Source: Spirochaetia bacterium
GTDB taxonomy: Bacteria; Spirochaetota; Spirochaetia; DSM-2461
Reading direction: 5' to 3'
Length of the DNA stretch: 64,000 nt
Assembly (NCBI GenBank): GCA_963668315.1
Contig: OY764216.1
Location: 3,200,001-3,264,000 of the forward strand
Made by a program: the position numbers and the translations under genes. Under the pieces are notes generated by a model. The model had not been told where the DNA came from, searched no databases, and worked only from the letters and a program-made list of their open reading frames with translations. Position 1 is the first letter of the stretch. Every line of letters begins with the position of its first letter. Below, piece after piece: positions 48,419-59,240 of this stretch.

Positions 48419-49909
48419 ATGAATAAAAAGAAGATTCTCATGGTAACCAGTGAAACGGTTCCCTTCGCAAAAACCGGAGGATTGGCCGACGTGGTCAGCG
48501 CTCTGGCCCTCGAACTGTCACGGAGGGGACATGATGTGCGAATTCTTCTGCCCCGCTATTACCGGATAGACCGGAACAAGCTGAAGCTTCACCATGAGCC
48601 TCTGTCCATTTGGATAGACGGAAAGGAGGAGTGGACCGCTGTCTACGAGGGCACACTGAGCGATGAGGATACCTCCTGCCCCGTCTATTTCCTTGACCAT
48701 GAGATCTATTACGGAAGGGACGGTATTTACGGTCCCCGCCTGGACGAGGGCTTTGAAGATAATGCCGCCCGTTACGCTCTTCTCTGCCGGGGAGCCTTTC
48801 AGTTATGCCGTATGCTCCACTGGAACCCCGATGTTTTTCATTGCCATGACTGGGCCGCCGCCCCAGTCTGCTACCTTCTGCAGAGGGAAGAGGTCCACCG
48901 GGAATTTTCCCGGTCCGTTGGAGTTCTGACAATTCACAATCTGGGGTACCAGGGAATATTCGCCCTGGAGGACGCCCGCTATATTCAGAAGGAGATGGAC
49001 AGTTACCAGCTCTCCACTCTCGAATTTGAAGGGGATTTGAATTATCTGAAGGCGGGCATCATGAGCGCCCACAAGATAACGACCGTTTCTCCGACCTACG
49101 CGCAGGAGATCCAGGGGGATGAGCAGGGCTTTCGCCTGAACGGCCTTCTTCACTACCGCCGGGAGGATCTGACGGGTATCCTGAACGGGATTGATTACTC
49201 TGTGTGGAGCCCGAAAACCGATCCCTATATCGAAGGATATAATTTCACCGCCGACAATATCAAGCCTAAGGCGGCCCTGAAAAAGTCGCTTCAGAAGGAA
49301 ATGGGGCTGCCCGTTGACAGCAAAACGCCCCTCGTCGGTATCATAACGCGCCTCGTCGACCAGAAGGGTATACAGGAACTTTTTTCCCCGGTGAAGGGGG
49401 CTCTCTATAATATATGCCATGATATGGACGTGCAGTTCGTTATTCTGGGATCGGGAGATTACTGGTGCGAGGAGGAGCTCAACCGGCTGTCGGATAAACT
49501 ACCCAACCTCTCCGTCTATATAGGGTATAACAACGAGCTGGCCCATAGAATTGAAGGGGGAAGTGATTTCTTCCTCATGCCCAGCCGCTATGAACCCTGC
49601 GGCCTGAATCAGATCTATTCCCTGTCCTACGGTACTCTTCCCATTGTTCGTGCCACCGGAGGTCTTGCCGACACGGTGGAGAATTATGATCAGGAGACCG
49701 GTTCGGGAACGGGTTTTGTTTTCAACGATCTCTATCCCGAAGTCCTTTACAGCGTTATGCAGTGGGTCTGTGAAACCTGGTACGAGAGGCGTCCCCATAT
49801 CCGTAAAATGCGAAAGCAGGCCATGGAAAAGAGCTTTACCTGGAACAGGGCGGCTGAGGGTTATGAGGGGATCTATGAAAGCGCCTTGGAAAAAATGACG
49901 GGAAAATAG
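48419..49909 (+). CDS. glgA: glycogen synthase (GT5)
   Basis: KTGGLADV, HCHDW, TIHNLGYQG, PSRYEPCGL, TGGLADTV; ATG 48419 follows GGAG. Confidence 0.95.
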   Translation: MNKKKILMVTSETVPFAKTGGLADVVSALALELSRRGHDVRILLPRYYRIDRNKLKLHHEPLSIWIDGKEEWTAVYEGTLSDEDTSCPVYFLDHEIYYGRDGIYGPRLDEGFEDNAARYALLCRGAFQLCRMLHWNPDVFHCHDWAAAPVCYLLQREEVHREFSRSVGVLTIHNLGYQGIFALEDARYIQKEMDSYQLSTLEFEGDLNYLKAGIMSAHKITTVSPTYAQEIQGDEQGFRLNGLLHYRREDLTGILNGIDYSVWSPKTDPYIEGYNFTADNIKPKAALKKSLQKEMGLPVDSKTPLVGIITRLVDQKGIQELFSPVKGALYNICHDMDVQFVILGSGDYWCEEELNRLSDKLPNLSVYIGYNNELAHRIEGGSDFFLMPSRYEPCGLNQIYSLSYGTLPIVRATGGLADTVENYDQETGSGTGFVFNDLYPEVLYSVMQWVCETWYERRPHIRKMRKQAMEKSFTWNRAAEGYEGIYESALEKMTGK

Positions 49910-49941
49910 AAAATACGGAATAATGAGGCTATAATTTTTCC

Positions 49942-50430
49942 ATGAAAAAGAAAGAGACGAAGGAAAGCGGCCTCAGGAAGGAGATCACGGATCTCTTGGC
50001 TCAGATAGACGAAGAGGGACTCCTTTTTTTAAAGCAGCAGGCTTCCACTATCATCTATAATACTACCGTTATGGAAATGAACAGGAAAAACCAGGAAAGC
50101 CTTCTGGAGAATTATGAAGAGAAAGGGAAAAAAACGTCAAAGAGCGGCACGGGAGTAAAAAAGAAGAAAGAAGAATCCGTGTATGTCGATATGTCCGGTA
50201 AGGCCAAGGGGTACGGTAATGTCGTATGCGGCAACATAAGAGTCTTCTTTACCCTGGATGAAATCGGAGATATGGTGTACATAGCGGAAAAATCCGCTTC
50301 ATCCGGTGACGGAGGCCTGCTTCTTTACCGCTGGCTTAAGAAGGAGAGGGGAGATTTCCTCGTGGATAACGGTATTAAAAGTTATCCCTCTCCGGTCATT
50401 GACGCCCTGGCGGCTTATCTGGCCAAGTAG
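49942..50430 (+). CDS. hypothetical protein
   Basis: 162-aa ORF with TATAAT 6 nt upstream. Confidence 0.7.
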   Translation: MKKKETKESGLRKEITDLLAQIDEEGLLFLKQQASTIIYNTTVMEMNRKNQESLLENYEEKGKKTSKSGTGVKKKKEESVYVDMSGKAKGYGNVVCGNIRVFFTLDEIGDMVYIAEKSASSGDGGLLLYRWLKKERGDFLVDNGIKSYPSPVIDALAAYLAK

Positions 50431-50433
50431 GAA

Positions 50434-52623
50434 TCACTCCTCATAGGCGGGAAGGTAAACCTTAAAAACAGAACCTTTCCCCGCCGTGCTGTCTACTCTG
50501 ATAGATCCTTCCTCCTCTTCCACAATACTGTGTACCAGAGCCAGTCCGAGTCCCGTACCCGTTCCCATCTCCTTGGTCGTGTAATAGGGATCGAAAAGGA
50601 GTTGTATATTCTCTTTTGGTATGCCTATGCCCTGATCCTCCACTTCCAGAAGCCGGTATTTCCCCAGAGACAGCCCCTTGAACTCTTTGTAATTCTGGTA
50701 ATTGATATGGAAGGGGTTTATCCTGATCGTCAGGCATCCCCCCGAGCTTTCCATCGCCTGCAGCCCATTGGAAATCAGGTTTTGTATTATCTGAGACACT
50801 TCGGCGGAATTGGCCCATATCTTACCGCTGCAGCTGAACTCTTTCTTTATTTTGATATTGTCCGGTAGGATGGCCGCTTTCTCTTCCAGGCACTGCTGTA
50901 CGAGGTCCGCCATCAGGAGAACCTGGCGTTTTTTATCCCTGTTCCGTGAATAGGTGAGGATTTTGCCGGTTAGATCCTTTGCTTTTACGGCCGATTGGAA
51001 AATCATGTCAAGCGAGTGTTTGCGGGTTTCTTCATCCAGGTCATTCATCATTAAAAGATCATAATAACCGATAATTCCGGTGAGGAGATTATTGAAATCG
51101 TGAGCAATTCCCCCGGCCAGAAATCCCAGAGCATTCATTTTCTCCCGCTGAATAAGCTCCCGTCGGAGGCGGGACTTATCGGAAATATCGTGAATGGCGC
51201 TCAGAAGGTATCTTTTTCCGTTGAGCTTGATATTCCCGGAAAAAACTTCCACATCCCTGATGGAGCCGTCCTTGAGCTGGTGGCGGAACTGGAAATAGTT
51301 CCGTTTTTCCCGTGACGCCCGGCTCATTTCCCGGTTTATCTGACTTTGATTCAGCTGATTTATGTCAAATATGGTAAGGGACAGAATTTCCTCTTCCGTG
51401 TATCCGTAAAATGAAAGGGCGGCTTTATTGGCATCAATAATCTGTCCGTCCTCCGGGTATATCAGAAGCATGATCACCGGATTCTTTCTGAAAAGCTCTT
51501 CGAAACGGTTACGGCTCTCTTCGAGAGATTTATTCGCGGCCTTCAGTTTGATATTAAGTCTGTGATAGAGCAACAGCATAAAGAGAAGTATGATGATGGC
51601 TCCGGAAAGGAGGGCGAGGACTCTGATGAAACGGGTATTGACCGGAGAGTTGATCAGGGAAGAACCCTCGGGAAGACTTCCTTTTCTTATCTCCCATTTC
51701 TTGAGTTCCCGCCAGTCGAAAAGGTAATGGTTGGGGCTTTTATTTTCCACGGGAATATTTCCGGGAGATTCTCCTTTCAGGATGCGGCGGGCAAGTTTTC
51801 CCGCTTCCAGGCCCTGAACACGGTGATCCACAATATAGCCGCCCAGTACTCCTTCGCCGAATCCGTGGGCCCAGAGATGATAGACTGGACCCTGGGCATT
51901 ACGGTAAATCCTGTCAAAGCATTCAGAAAAACCCAGCCTGTTTCCGGAGCAGTCGAGAAAGGCCGAGAGGAGAAGAAGGGGGACTCCCCGGTCCTGACTG
52001 CTTAAGAATGCTTCCATCTCTTCAAAGGTATGGAGGGAGAGATCGAATTCCACAATATCGAAGAGGCGGTTTTTTTCCAGTGCTCGGGAAAAATTCAAGT
52101 AGTCCGCTTTGCTGCTGGGAGTGGCATCATAGATAACTATGATTTTATCCGAAGCGGGAAACTGGGAATGGATCAGTTCAATATTCTTATCAAAAGAAAC
52201 AAATTCCAGGATTCCGGTGGATAGGGGATTGCTGTTTTCGGCCAGACCGGCATCAATATCATTGACCCCGAGAAAGACCCAGGGCAGGGAAGGAAAAAGT
52301 TCCTCTCCGTAATCCTTCATGAAATGGAAAGCGTTGTCATCGGCGGTAATGACGAGATCATAGGGGGGAAGATGTTTCAGTTTTTCAGAAAGATAGGTAT
52401 GGAAAACCGTGATATTCTCACTCACGCCCAACCTTTTCGTATCCATGAATTCCTCATCGAGCTCCAGTTCGTCCTTTGGGAAGGCCGACTGAATCCCCTC
52501 CAGCTGACTGTGGTATGTGGAATACGCCGGATGATAGGAACTGAGAAAAAGGACATGGTAACTCTGGGGAAAAAGACATTGAGAAGTGAGAAGCAGGGCG
52601 ACGAATAGCTTTCTTCCGATCAT
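50434..52623 (-). CDS. sensor histidine kinase (periplasmic binding-like domain, TM, PAS, HisKA, HATPase)
   Basis: AGGIAHDFNNLL, NLISNG, DQGIGI, FDPYYTTK, GTGLGL. Confidence 0.92.
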   Translation of the reverse strand: MIGRKLFVALLLTSQCLFPQSYHVLFLSSYHPAYSTYHSQLEGIQSAFPKDELELDEEFMDTKRLGVSENITVFHTYLSEKLKHLPPYDLVITADDNAFHFMKDYGEELFPSLPWVFLGVNDIDAGLAENSNPLSTGILEFVSFDKNIELIHSQFPASDKIIVIYDATPSSKADYLNFSRALEKNRLFDIVEFDLSLHTFEEMEAFLSSQDRGVPLLLLSAFLDCSGNRLGFSECFDRIYRNAQGPVYHLWAHGFGEGVLGGYIVDHRVQGLEAGKLARRILKGESPGNIPVENKSPNHYLFDWRELKKWEIRKGSLPEGSSLINSPVNTRFIRVLALLSGAIIILLFMLLLYHRLNIKLKAANKSLEESRNRFEELFRKNPVIMLLIYPEDGQIIDANKAALSFYGYTEEEILSLTIFDINQLNQSQINREMSRASREKRNYFQFRHQLKDGSIRDVEVFSGNIKLNGKRYLLSAIHDISDKSRLRRELIQREKMNALGFLAGGIAHDFNNLLTGIIGYYDLLMMNDLDEETRKHSLDMIFQSAVKAKDLTGKILTYSRNRDKKRQVLLMADLVQQCLEEKAAILPDNIKIKKEFSCSGKIWANSAEVSQIIQNLISNGLQAMESSGGCLTIRINPFHINYQNYKEFKGLSLGKYRLLEVEDQGIGIPKENIQLLFDPYYTTKEMGTGTGLGLALVHSIVEEEEGSIRVDSTAGKGSVFKVYLPAYEE

Positions 52624-52758
52624 TGTTATAATTATGACATAGGTTCATTCATTTTTCAAAAGATATTTTGTCTCGAAGGGCATTTCGCTCTGTTCCGGGG
52701 GACCCAAAAGGATAAAGAAAAAATTGACCTTTAAAAAAACTTTCAGTATTTTATTCCT

Positions 52759-55329
52759 ATGTACGACAGATTAACGATTAAAGCGCAGGAATCCATTGAA
52801 GGAGCCAGCCAGGTCGCAAGAAAATACAACCATTCTCAGATCGAGCCGGAACATATTCTTTCGGCTCTGGTGAATCAGAAGGAAGGGGTCATTCCCCCTC
52901 TGCTCAATCGTTTAGGCGTTGAGCTTCCCCTTTTGCAGCAGGAGCTGGAGAAGGTTTTCAACGGAAAAAGCCGCGCCTATGGAGATACGATGCAGACCTC
53001 ACTGGCCCCGTCATCCTTTCAGGTTCTCCAGAGGGCGGAGAAGAAAGCGGATAAGCTCAAGGACGATTACGTATCAACGGAACATCTTCTTATGGCCATG
53101 CTGGAGGGCGGTGATAAGACGGCAGACCTTTTGAAAGCCCAGGGTGTAACGGAAGACGGTATCATGCAGGCCCTCAGGTCTATCCGGGGGACGGAAAGGG
53201 TTACCGACCAGAATCCCGAAGAAAAGTATCAGGCCCTGGAGAAATACTGCCGCGACCTGACCCAGCTGGCCCGTCAGGAAAAGCTGGATCCCGTTATCGG
53301 ACGGGATGAGGAGATCCGGCGCGTCATGCAGGTCCTTTCCAGACGTACGAAAAACAATCCCGTCCTCATCGGGGAACCGGGCGTGGGAAAAACCGCCATC
53401 GCCGAAGGACTGGCCCGCCGTGTGGTTTCCGGCGATGTTCCCGATTCTCTCAAGGGAAAAAAAGTCATGGCCCTTGACCTGGGCGCCCTTGTGGCGGGGG
53501 CAAAATTCCGCGGCGAATTCGAGGAGAGGCTTAAATCGGTTATTAAAGCCGTATCCGAATCGGACGGGCAGATCATTCTCTTTATTGACGAGCTTCATAC
53601 GTTGATGGGCGCCGGAGCCGCCGAAGGTTCCACCGACGCTTCCAATCTCCTGAAGCCGGCCCTGGCGCGGGGAGAGCTGAGGACCATTGGCGCCACCACC
53701 CTGGATGAATACCGGAAGCATATTGAATCGGACCCCGCCTTTGAACGCCGTTTCCAGCAGGTTTATACGGCAGAACCGTCGGTGGAAGATTCCATCACGA
53801 TTCTGCGGGGTATCAAAGACCGCTACGAGGTTCACCATGGTGTCCGTATCAGGGATGACGCCCTGATCTCAGCCGCCGTACTGTCCAACCGCTATATCAC
53901 GAACCGTTTTCTTCCCGATAAGGCTATCGATCTGGTCGATGAGGCGGCCAGCCGTCTTAAGATGGAGATCGAAAGCCAGCCCGTCGCCCTGGACAGGCTG
54001 GAAAGAAAGATCCTGCAGATACAGATTGAGAAGCAGTCCCTCTCCAGAGAGACCGACAAGGCCAGCCTGGATCGCCTGGAAAATATCAACAGGGAACTGG
54101 CTAACCTGACATCCGAAGCGGACTCCTTAAGGCTCCAGTGGCAGAACGAGAAGGGCGTTATTGAACAAATCCGTTCTCTAAAGCAGGAGATCGAGGATCT
54201 GAAAGGACAGGAAGCCATGTTTGAAAGGGAGGGAAATCTCCAGGGCGCCGCTGAGATCAAACATGGAAGGCTGCCGCAGGCGCAGATCAAACTGGAAGAG
54301 AAGTCCCGCGAGCTGGAAAGGATACAGGGAGAGCAGAGCCTGCTTCGGGAAGAAGTGGGTGAAGAGGATATCGCCCGCGTCGTATCCATGTGGACCGGTA
54401 TCCCCGTGGAAAAAATGATGGCCTCCGAAAGGGAGAAATATCTGAAGCTTGAGGATATACTGGAAAAACGTGTCATCGGGCAGAACCGGGCGGTAGAGGC
54501 CGTTTCCGACGCTATCCGCCGGAATAGGAGCGGGCTGGCCGATCCGGACAGACCCCTGGGCTCCTTCCTGTTCCTCGGCCCTACGGGTGTGGGAAAAACC
54601 GAGCTGGCCAAAACACTGGCGGAGTTCCTTTTTAACGAAGAAAAAGCCCTGACGCGGATCGACATGAGCGAATATATGGAGAAGCATGCCGTCAGCCGGC
54701 TTGTGGGAGCGCCTCCGGGATACGTGGGCTATGACCAGGGCGGTCAGCTTACCGAAGCCGTCAGGAGACGGCCCTATTCGGTCGTCCTTTTCGACGAAGT
54801 GGAGAAAGCCCATCCCGATGTTTTCAATATTCTCCTGCAGGTACTCGATGACGGCAGGTTGACGGACGGGCAGGGACGGGTTGTTGATTTCCGACAGGCC
54901 ATCATTATCATGACAAGCAATCTGGGAAGCGATCTGATTCTCACCATGGGAGACAGGCCCGATGAACTGGCTTCTGAACTGGATAAGATCATGAAAACCG
55001 CTTTTCGTCCCGAGTTTCTGAACCGTATTGACGAGAGGGTCATCTTCAACCAGCTCAAACAGGATAATCTCTTCGGTATCGTCGATATTCTCACGGGGCA
55101 GATAGCGGGACGACTCAAGGAGCAGAAAATGACACTGGTCATGACCGATGAGGCCCGTTCCTATCTGGTGAAAGTGGGTTATGATCCCCTTTTCGGAGCC
55201 AGGCCTCTGAGGAGGACCCTGCAGAATCTTGTCCAGAATCCCCTTTCCAAGGAGATCCTCTCGGGCCGGTACAGCGAAGGCGACCGTATAACCGTGGATG
55301 CCGATGACAGCGGTATAAAGTTCAGATAA
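52759..55329 (+). CDS. clpB: chaperone ClpB
   Basis: Two AAA modules ([16 protein letters not shown]), middle coiled coil, GAPPGYVG. Confidence 0.97.
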   Translation: MYDRLTIKAQESIEGASQVARKYNHSQIEPEHILSALVNQKEGVIPPLLNRLGVELPLLQQELEKVFNGKSRAYGDTMQTSLAPSSFQVLQRAEKKADKLKDDYVSTEHLLMAMLEGGDKTADLLKAQGVTEDGIMQALRSIRGTERVTDQNPEEKYQALEKYCRDLTQLARQEKLDPVIGRDEEIRRVMQVLSRRTKNNPVLIGEPGVGKTAIAEGLARRVVSGDVPDSLKGKKVMALDLGALVAGAKFRGEFEERLKSVIKAVSESDGQIILFIDELHTLMGAGAAEGSTDASNLLKPALARGELRTIGATTLDEYRKHIESDPAFERRFQQVYTAEPSVEDSITILRGIKDRYEVHHGVRIRDDALISAAVLSNRYITNRFLPDKAIDLVDEAASRLKMEIESQPVALDRLERKILQIQIEKQSLSRETDKASLDRLENINRELANLTSEADSLRLQWQNEKGVIEQIRSLKQEIEDLKGQEAMFEREGNLQGAAEIKHGRLPQAQIKLEEKSRELERIQGEQSLLREEVGEEDIARVVSMWTGIPVEKMMASEREKYLKLEDILEKRVIGQNRAVEAVSDAIRRNRSGLADPDRPLGSFLFLGPTGVGKTELAKTLAEFLFNEEKALTRIDMSEYMEKHAVSRLVGAPPGYVGYDQGGQLTEAVRRRPYSVVLFDEVEKAHPDVFNILLQVLDDGRLTDGQGRVVDFRQAIIIMTSNLGSDLILTMGDRPDELASELDKIMKTAFRPEFLNRIDERVIFNQLKQDNLFGIVDILTGQIAGRLKEQKMTLVMTDEARSYLVKVGYDPLFGARPLRRTLQNLVQNPLSKEILSGRYSEGDRITVDADDSGIKFR

Positions 55330-55339
55330 GTCTTGCGGT

Positions 55340-55366
55340 AAGGTGCTCCGGTGAGGGCGCCTTTTT
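55340..55366 (+). terminator. intrinsic terminator after clpB
   Basis: AAGGTGCTC/GGGCGCCTT stem followed by T-run. Confidence 0.7.
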
Positions 55367-55394
55367 CATGATGCTATCATATCAGGAGAAATGA

Positions 55395-55601
55395 ATGGAT
55401 AATAACTGGAAATGCCCCAAATGCGGCAATATGTCCTTTGAGACGGATCAGTTCGCTGCCACGGGCAGGGGATTCGCTAAGATTTTCGACGTGCAGAACA
55501 AGGCTTTTACCACCGTTTCCTGCACTCGCTGCCGTTTTACCGAGCTCTATAAGGCGGAAACCAGTGCTCTGGGAAATCTGTTCGATTTCTTCACTTCCTG
55601 A
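55395..55601 (+). CDS. small zinc-ribbon protein
   Basis: CPKC..FDVQN..CTRC..TELY; AGGAG SD. Confidence 0.85.
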   Translation: MDNNWKCPKCGNMSFETDQFAATGRGFAKIFDVQNKAFTTVSCTRCRFTELYKAETSALGNLFDFFTS

Positions 55602-55662
55602 GAAATTCCTCCTCTTTTCCCTGTAAAAATATCCTCAGGCCTTTTGGCTGTGCTTGAAATTT

Positions 55663-55671
55663 TGCTATAAT
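55663..55671 (+). promoter_or_regulatory. extended -10 promoter of ackA
   Basis: TGCTATAAT in an AT-rich intergenic region. Confidence 0.6.
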
Positions 55672-55723
55672 GTCTTTAAAATACTTTTATTTTCTGTAAA
55701 ATTGTTAAAGAGAGGATAGTGCA

Positions 55724-57058
55724 ATGGTTATTTTAACCCTGAACTGTGGCAGTTCATCTGCCAAATATCAGGTATACGATTGGGACAAACAGGAAGTTCT
55801 GGGAGTGGGACTGATCGAAAGAATCGGTCAGCCCATGTCCAATCTCGAGCATAAGACAAAAGGCAAGGATGAGTACGAAGCGGAAAAATCCTGCCCCACC
55901 CATAAAGAAGCCATTGAATGGGTGATCGATACTCTGGTGAATCCTGAATACGGATGTATTGCCGATCTGAGCGAAGTTAAAGCCGTTGGTCACCGGGTCC
56001 TTCACGGTGGTGAGAAATTCAAGAAGTCCGTTATTATAGACGACGACGTCCTGGAAACATTCAAGAGCCTCTATCATCTGGGGCCCCTCCACATGCCTCC
56101 CAATGTCATGGGTATCGAAGCGGCCCAGGCTGTCCTTCCCCAGGTTCCCCACTGTGCCGTCATGGACACCGCCTGGCACCAGACCATGCCCGCTTTCAGC
56201 TATATGTACGCCCTGCCTTACGAATGGTATGAAAAGTACGATGTCAGACGGTATGGTTTCCATGGTTCCAGCTATGTTTATACATCCAAGAGAGCCTCCG
56301 TTCTTCTCGGCAAGGAACCCAAAGATACCAATGTTGTGATCTGCCATATCGGAAACGGATCATCCATCTGTGCCGTAAAAGACGGATGCTGCTACGATAC
56401 GTCCATGGGTATGACCCCTCTGGAAGGACTTATCATGGGGACACGGTGCGGCGATATCGATCCCGCTATCATTCCCTACATCATGGAAGTTACCGGCATG
56501 GGCGCCAAAGAGATCGATTCGGTCATGAATAAGAAGTCCGGAGTACTGGGCATTACCGAAAAATTCATCGACAGAAGGGACGTGTACAGCGGTTACCTGG
56601 AAGGGGACGAACGCTCCGTGCTGGCCCTTGAAATGGAAGCCTACCGGGTGAAAAAATACATCGGCAGCTACATGGCCGCCCTGGGACGGACCGACGCTAT
56701 CGTATTCACCGCCGGTGTGGGAGAGATGAATCCCGTTTACCGCCAGGAGATCCTCAAGGGCCTGGAGAGCATGGGCGTCAAGCTTGATCACAAAAAGAAC
56801 CACGCCAGCATTACCAGAAACGCCGAAACCTGCATCAGCGCCGATGATTCACCCATCAAGGTTTTCGTCATCCCCACCGATGAGGAACTTGTCATGACCG
56901 AGGATACCTATGCCCTCGTTCAGGGAACCTATGATGTTCATACGAATTTCACCTACTCCTTCCAGAGCAGGGATTATGTGAACAAAGCCCGTGTAGAAGC
57001 TCTGCCCGGAAATATCAAGAAAAATCCCGCCTTGGCAGATGTTGTCGTCAAACTCTGA
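55724..57058 (+). CDS. ackA: acetate kinase
   Basis: [42 protein letters not shown]. Confidence 0.96.
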   Translation: MVILTLNCGSSSAKYQVYDWDKQEVLGVGLIERIGQPMSNLEHKTKGKDEYEAEKSCPTHKEAIEWVIDTLVNPEYGCIADLSEVKAVGHRVLHGGEKFKKSVIIDDDVLETFKSLYHLGPLHMPPNVMGIEAAQAVLPQVPHCAVMDTAWHQTMPAFSYMYALPYEWYEKYDVRRYGFHGSSYVYTSKRASVLLGKEPKDTNVVICHIGNGSSICAVKDGCCYDTSMGMTPLEGLIMGTRCGDIDPAIIPYIMEVTGMGAKEIDSVMNKKSGVLGITEKFIDRRDVYSGYLEGDERSVLALEMEAYRVKKYIGSYMAALGRTDAIVFTAGVGEMNPVYRQEILKGLESMGVKLDHKKNHASITRNAETCISADDSPIKVFVIPTDEELVMTEDTYALVQGTYDVHTNFTYSFQSRDYVNKARVEALPGNIKKNPALADVVVKL

Positions 57059-57921
57059 TGAACAGTAGAGGACGGTCCCGATTTGTTCTGTTTTTTTTAC
57101 TTGCCTTCGGGGCGGTTCACCTGCACAGCCAGACTTTCACCACCTGGAATGTCCGAATCCTCTCGAACAATTCCAGGGACGATTCCGAACTGGCCGAAAT
57201 AGCCCGGATCATTGAACGTTCCGATTTTATCGCCCTTCAGGAAGTCAGGGACAGCCGTGTTCTCGACAGGCTGATGGAAATGCTTCCGGGCTGGGATTAT
57301 GTTCTCAGTCTGCCCGTGGGGCGCGGAGTAAAGGAGTTTTACGCCTTTCTTTACCGCACCGGCGTATTTGAACTGCTGGGAGCCCCTTATACCCTGGCCG
57401 ATGGGGAGGATCTCTTCATCAGGGAGCCCTTCGTGGCTCATTTCCGTTCGGGTACCTTTGATTTTACGGTCATTACCATTCATTCCGTATACGGCGACGG
57501 TAAGGCGCCTAGACGGGCCGAAGCCGCCCTTCTCGACGATGTTATCGACTATGTCGACCGGGAAAATGGTCCGGAAGAGGATGTCATCCTTACCGGCGAT
57601 TTCAATCTTCCCTGTGACGACGAAGCATGGGAAATGGAGGGGGAACCCCTTGTCTCCCCCGATATGAAAACCACCATATCCGATGCCTCCAGCTATGATA
57701 ATATCTGGATAGGACCCGCCTCCATTGAAGTCATAAGAGAGGCTTCCGTTTATCATTTTGACGAGATTCTCTTCGGAAATGACGACAAGAGAGCCTCCCG
57801 GGAGGTTTCCGACCATCGCCCGGTCTCCGTGGAACTGAGGACGAATCTGCCCGATGACGATGAAGAGGGTAACTGGGATTATCCCCTTTCCCTCATCCCT
57901 TCCTGGTATCCCGAGCCGTGA
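57058..57921 (+). CDS. secreted DNase I-like endonuclease/exonuclease/phosphatase
   Basis: Signal peptide; TWNV, LQEVRD, FIREPF, TGDFN, YDNI, SDHRPV. Confidence 0.85.
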   Translation: MNSRGRSRFVLFFLLAFGAVHLHSQTFTTWNVRILSNNSRDDSELAEIARIIERSDFIALQEVRDSRVLDRLMEMLPGWDYVLSLPVGRGVKEFYAFLYRTGVFELLGAPYTLADGEDLFIREPFVAHFRSGTFDFTVITIHSVYGDGKAPRRAEAALLDDVIDYVDRENGPEEDVILTGDFNLPCDDEAWEMEGEPLVSPDMKTTISDASSYDNIWIGPASIEVIREASVYHFDEILFGNDDKRASREVSDHRPVSVELRTNLPDDDEEGNWDYPLSLIPSWYPEP

Positions 57922-58463
57922 AACCGGAAGATGTCATAGGCAGGTACAGGCAGTTTCTCGCCGATGTGGACAAAGAGTGCTTCCGGCTGTCACAGCTTTA
58001 TAGCCCTTTTCTGACATGCCGAAAAGGATGCGGGCACTGCTGCCTGTCTCTGACGCTTCTTCCTGTGGAATGGTACTCCCTATCCTGTGAAATTCCCGGC
58101 CTGAAGGATTGGACCCCGGAAAAGAACGGAGAAATATGTCCGTTCCTCCGGGAAAATCAATGCCTTCTATACGAGTTCCGGCCTCTCATATGCCGTACCC
58201 ACGGTCTCCCTCTGCTTTATCTGAATGAGGACGGTTCTGCATGGGAAATATCCTGGTGTGATCGGAACTTTCAGACTCTTGAGGAAGATCAAATGGAAGA
58301 TACATTCCAGACGGAAGATATTCTGAATATGGAAGACTGGAATGATCGATTATCCCGTCTGAATCGGGACTTTCTACACACTCCCCCAGGTCTTTCCTAT
58401 TCCCCGACCACAAGGCTGCCCATGGGCGCACTGACAGAAATGTATAAAGCAGGGGACCGGTAA
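57918..58463 (+). CDS. YkgJ-family cysteine-cluster protein
   Basis: CRKGCGHCC, CPFL..C..YEFRPLICRTHG. Confidence 0.85.
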   Translation: MKPEDVIGRYRQFLADVDKECFRLSQLYSPFLTCRKGCGHCCLSLTLLPVEWYSLSCEIPGLKDWTPEKNGEICPFLRENQCLLYEFRPLICRTHGLPLLYLNEDGSAWEISWCDRNFQTLEEDQMEDTFQTEDILNMEDWNDRLSRLNRDFLHTPPGLSYSPTTRLPMGALTEMYKAGDR

Positions 58464-59025
58464 TACTAATCCAGTCCGTGCCCATCAGCTGGGGAATTAT
58501 CATAATAAAGAGCCCCCAGATAAAGAGCAGTGTCCCTCCATGGAAAATATCGTTTAAACCTCTCCAGGCTCCGTCTTTCGTCAATCGGGGGCGTATCATC
58601 TCATAGACAAGAGACAAGGCGGCCAGAGCGAGTCCGGAAAGGGTAAAGGGAAGGGCACGGGAAACGGGGCGGGAGGTGAGATAGAGGGAGAAGGGGAGGA
58701 GAATGAGCCAGTTCAATGCGAAGAGCTTTGTCAGCCAGGGAACTAGGCTCATCTTTCGCGGTGGGTATATTTTTTTTCTGTAGATCTGAACCGCTTTTAG
58801 CAGGCTCCAGAAAGAGAGGGCGGTGCAGAGAACGATCTGTTCGCCGATAATGTAATATCCCGATGATTTAAGAAGGAGCGGTGCGGCGAGGGCGGTGGGA
58901 AGCAGAAATAAACCCAGGCTCCATTTGTCACGCTTAACGAATGAGAGTGATATTATAAGTACAGCCTGCAGGGCTCCCGGTAGAATTGTCGAATAAATCA
59001 GCGGTTTGTAAAGTAGGAAATTCAA
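58186..59025 (-). CDS. membrane protein, weakly DUF1295-like, possibly degenerate
   Basis: Several TM helices; GAGGAG SD with TTG start; 3' end overlaps the YkgJ gene by 278 bp. Confidence 0.5.
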   Translation of the reverse strand: MNFLLYKPLIYSTILPGALQAVLIISLSFVKRDKWSLGLFLLPTALAAPLLLKSSGYYIIGEQIVLCTALSFWSLLKAVQIYRKKIYPPRKMSLVPWLTKLFALNWLILLPFSLYLTSRPVSRALPFTLSGLALAALSLVYEMIRPRLTKDGAWRGLNDIFHGGTLLFIWGLFIMIIPQLMGTDWISITGPLLYTFLSVRPWAALWSGNRKDLGECVESPDSDGIIDHSSLPYSEYLPSGMYLPFDLPQESESSDHTRIFPMQNRPHSDKAEGDRGYGI

Positions 59026-59240
59026 AGCTTTCTCCTCTGTTTAATGTTAGGGATTCCCTGTTGCCAGGGTCTCTTTCCTAATTCTCGAAATAAAATACTC
59101 CTCTTCTGAGTCGAATCCCATGTGCGTTTCCTGTACTTTGCTTATGAAAAATGAAGAGGCGATGAAGGGTATGAAGAATCGGAATTTCCTCAATTATTTG
59201 CATTCCCTAAGAGCATAGAATAATATTTAGAGTAGGTTCT

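Noticed and set aside
52624..52758. CIRCE or CtsR heat-shock operator upstream of clpB
   Set aside because: No TTAGCACTC-N9-GAGTGCTAA and no heptad direct repeat seen
59026..59240. Possible 48-aa minus-strand ORF (MRKFRFFIPF...)
   Set aside because: TTG start, no SD and no motif support
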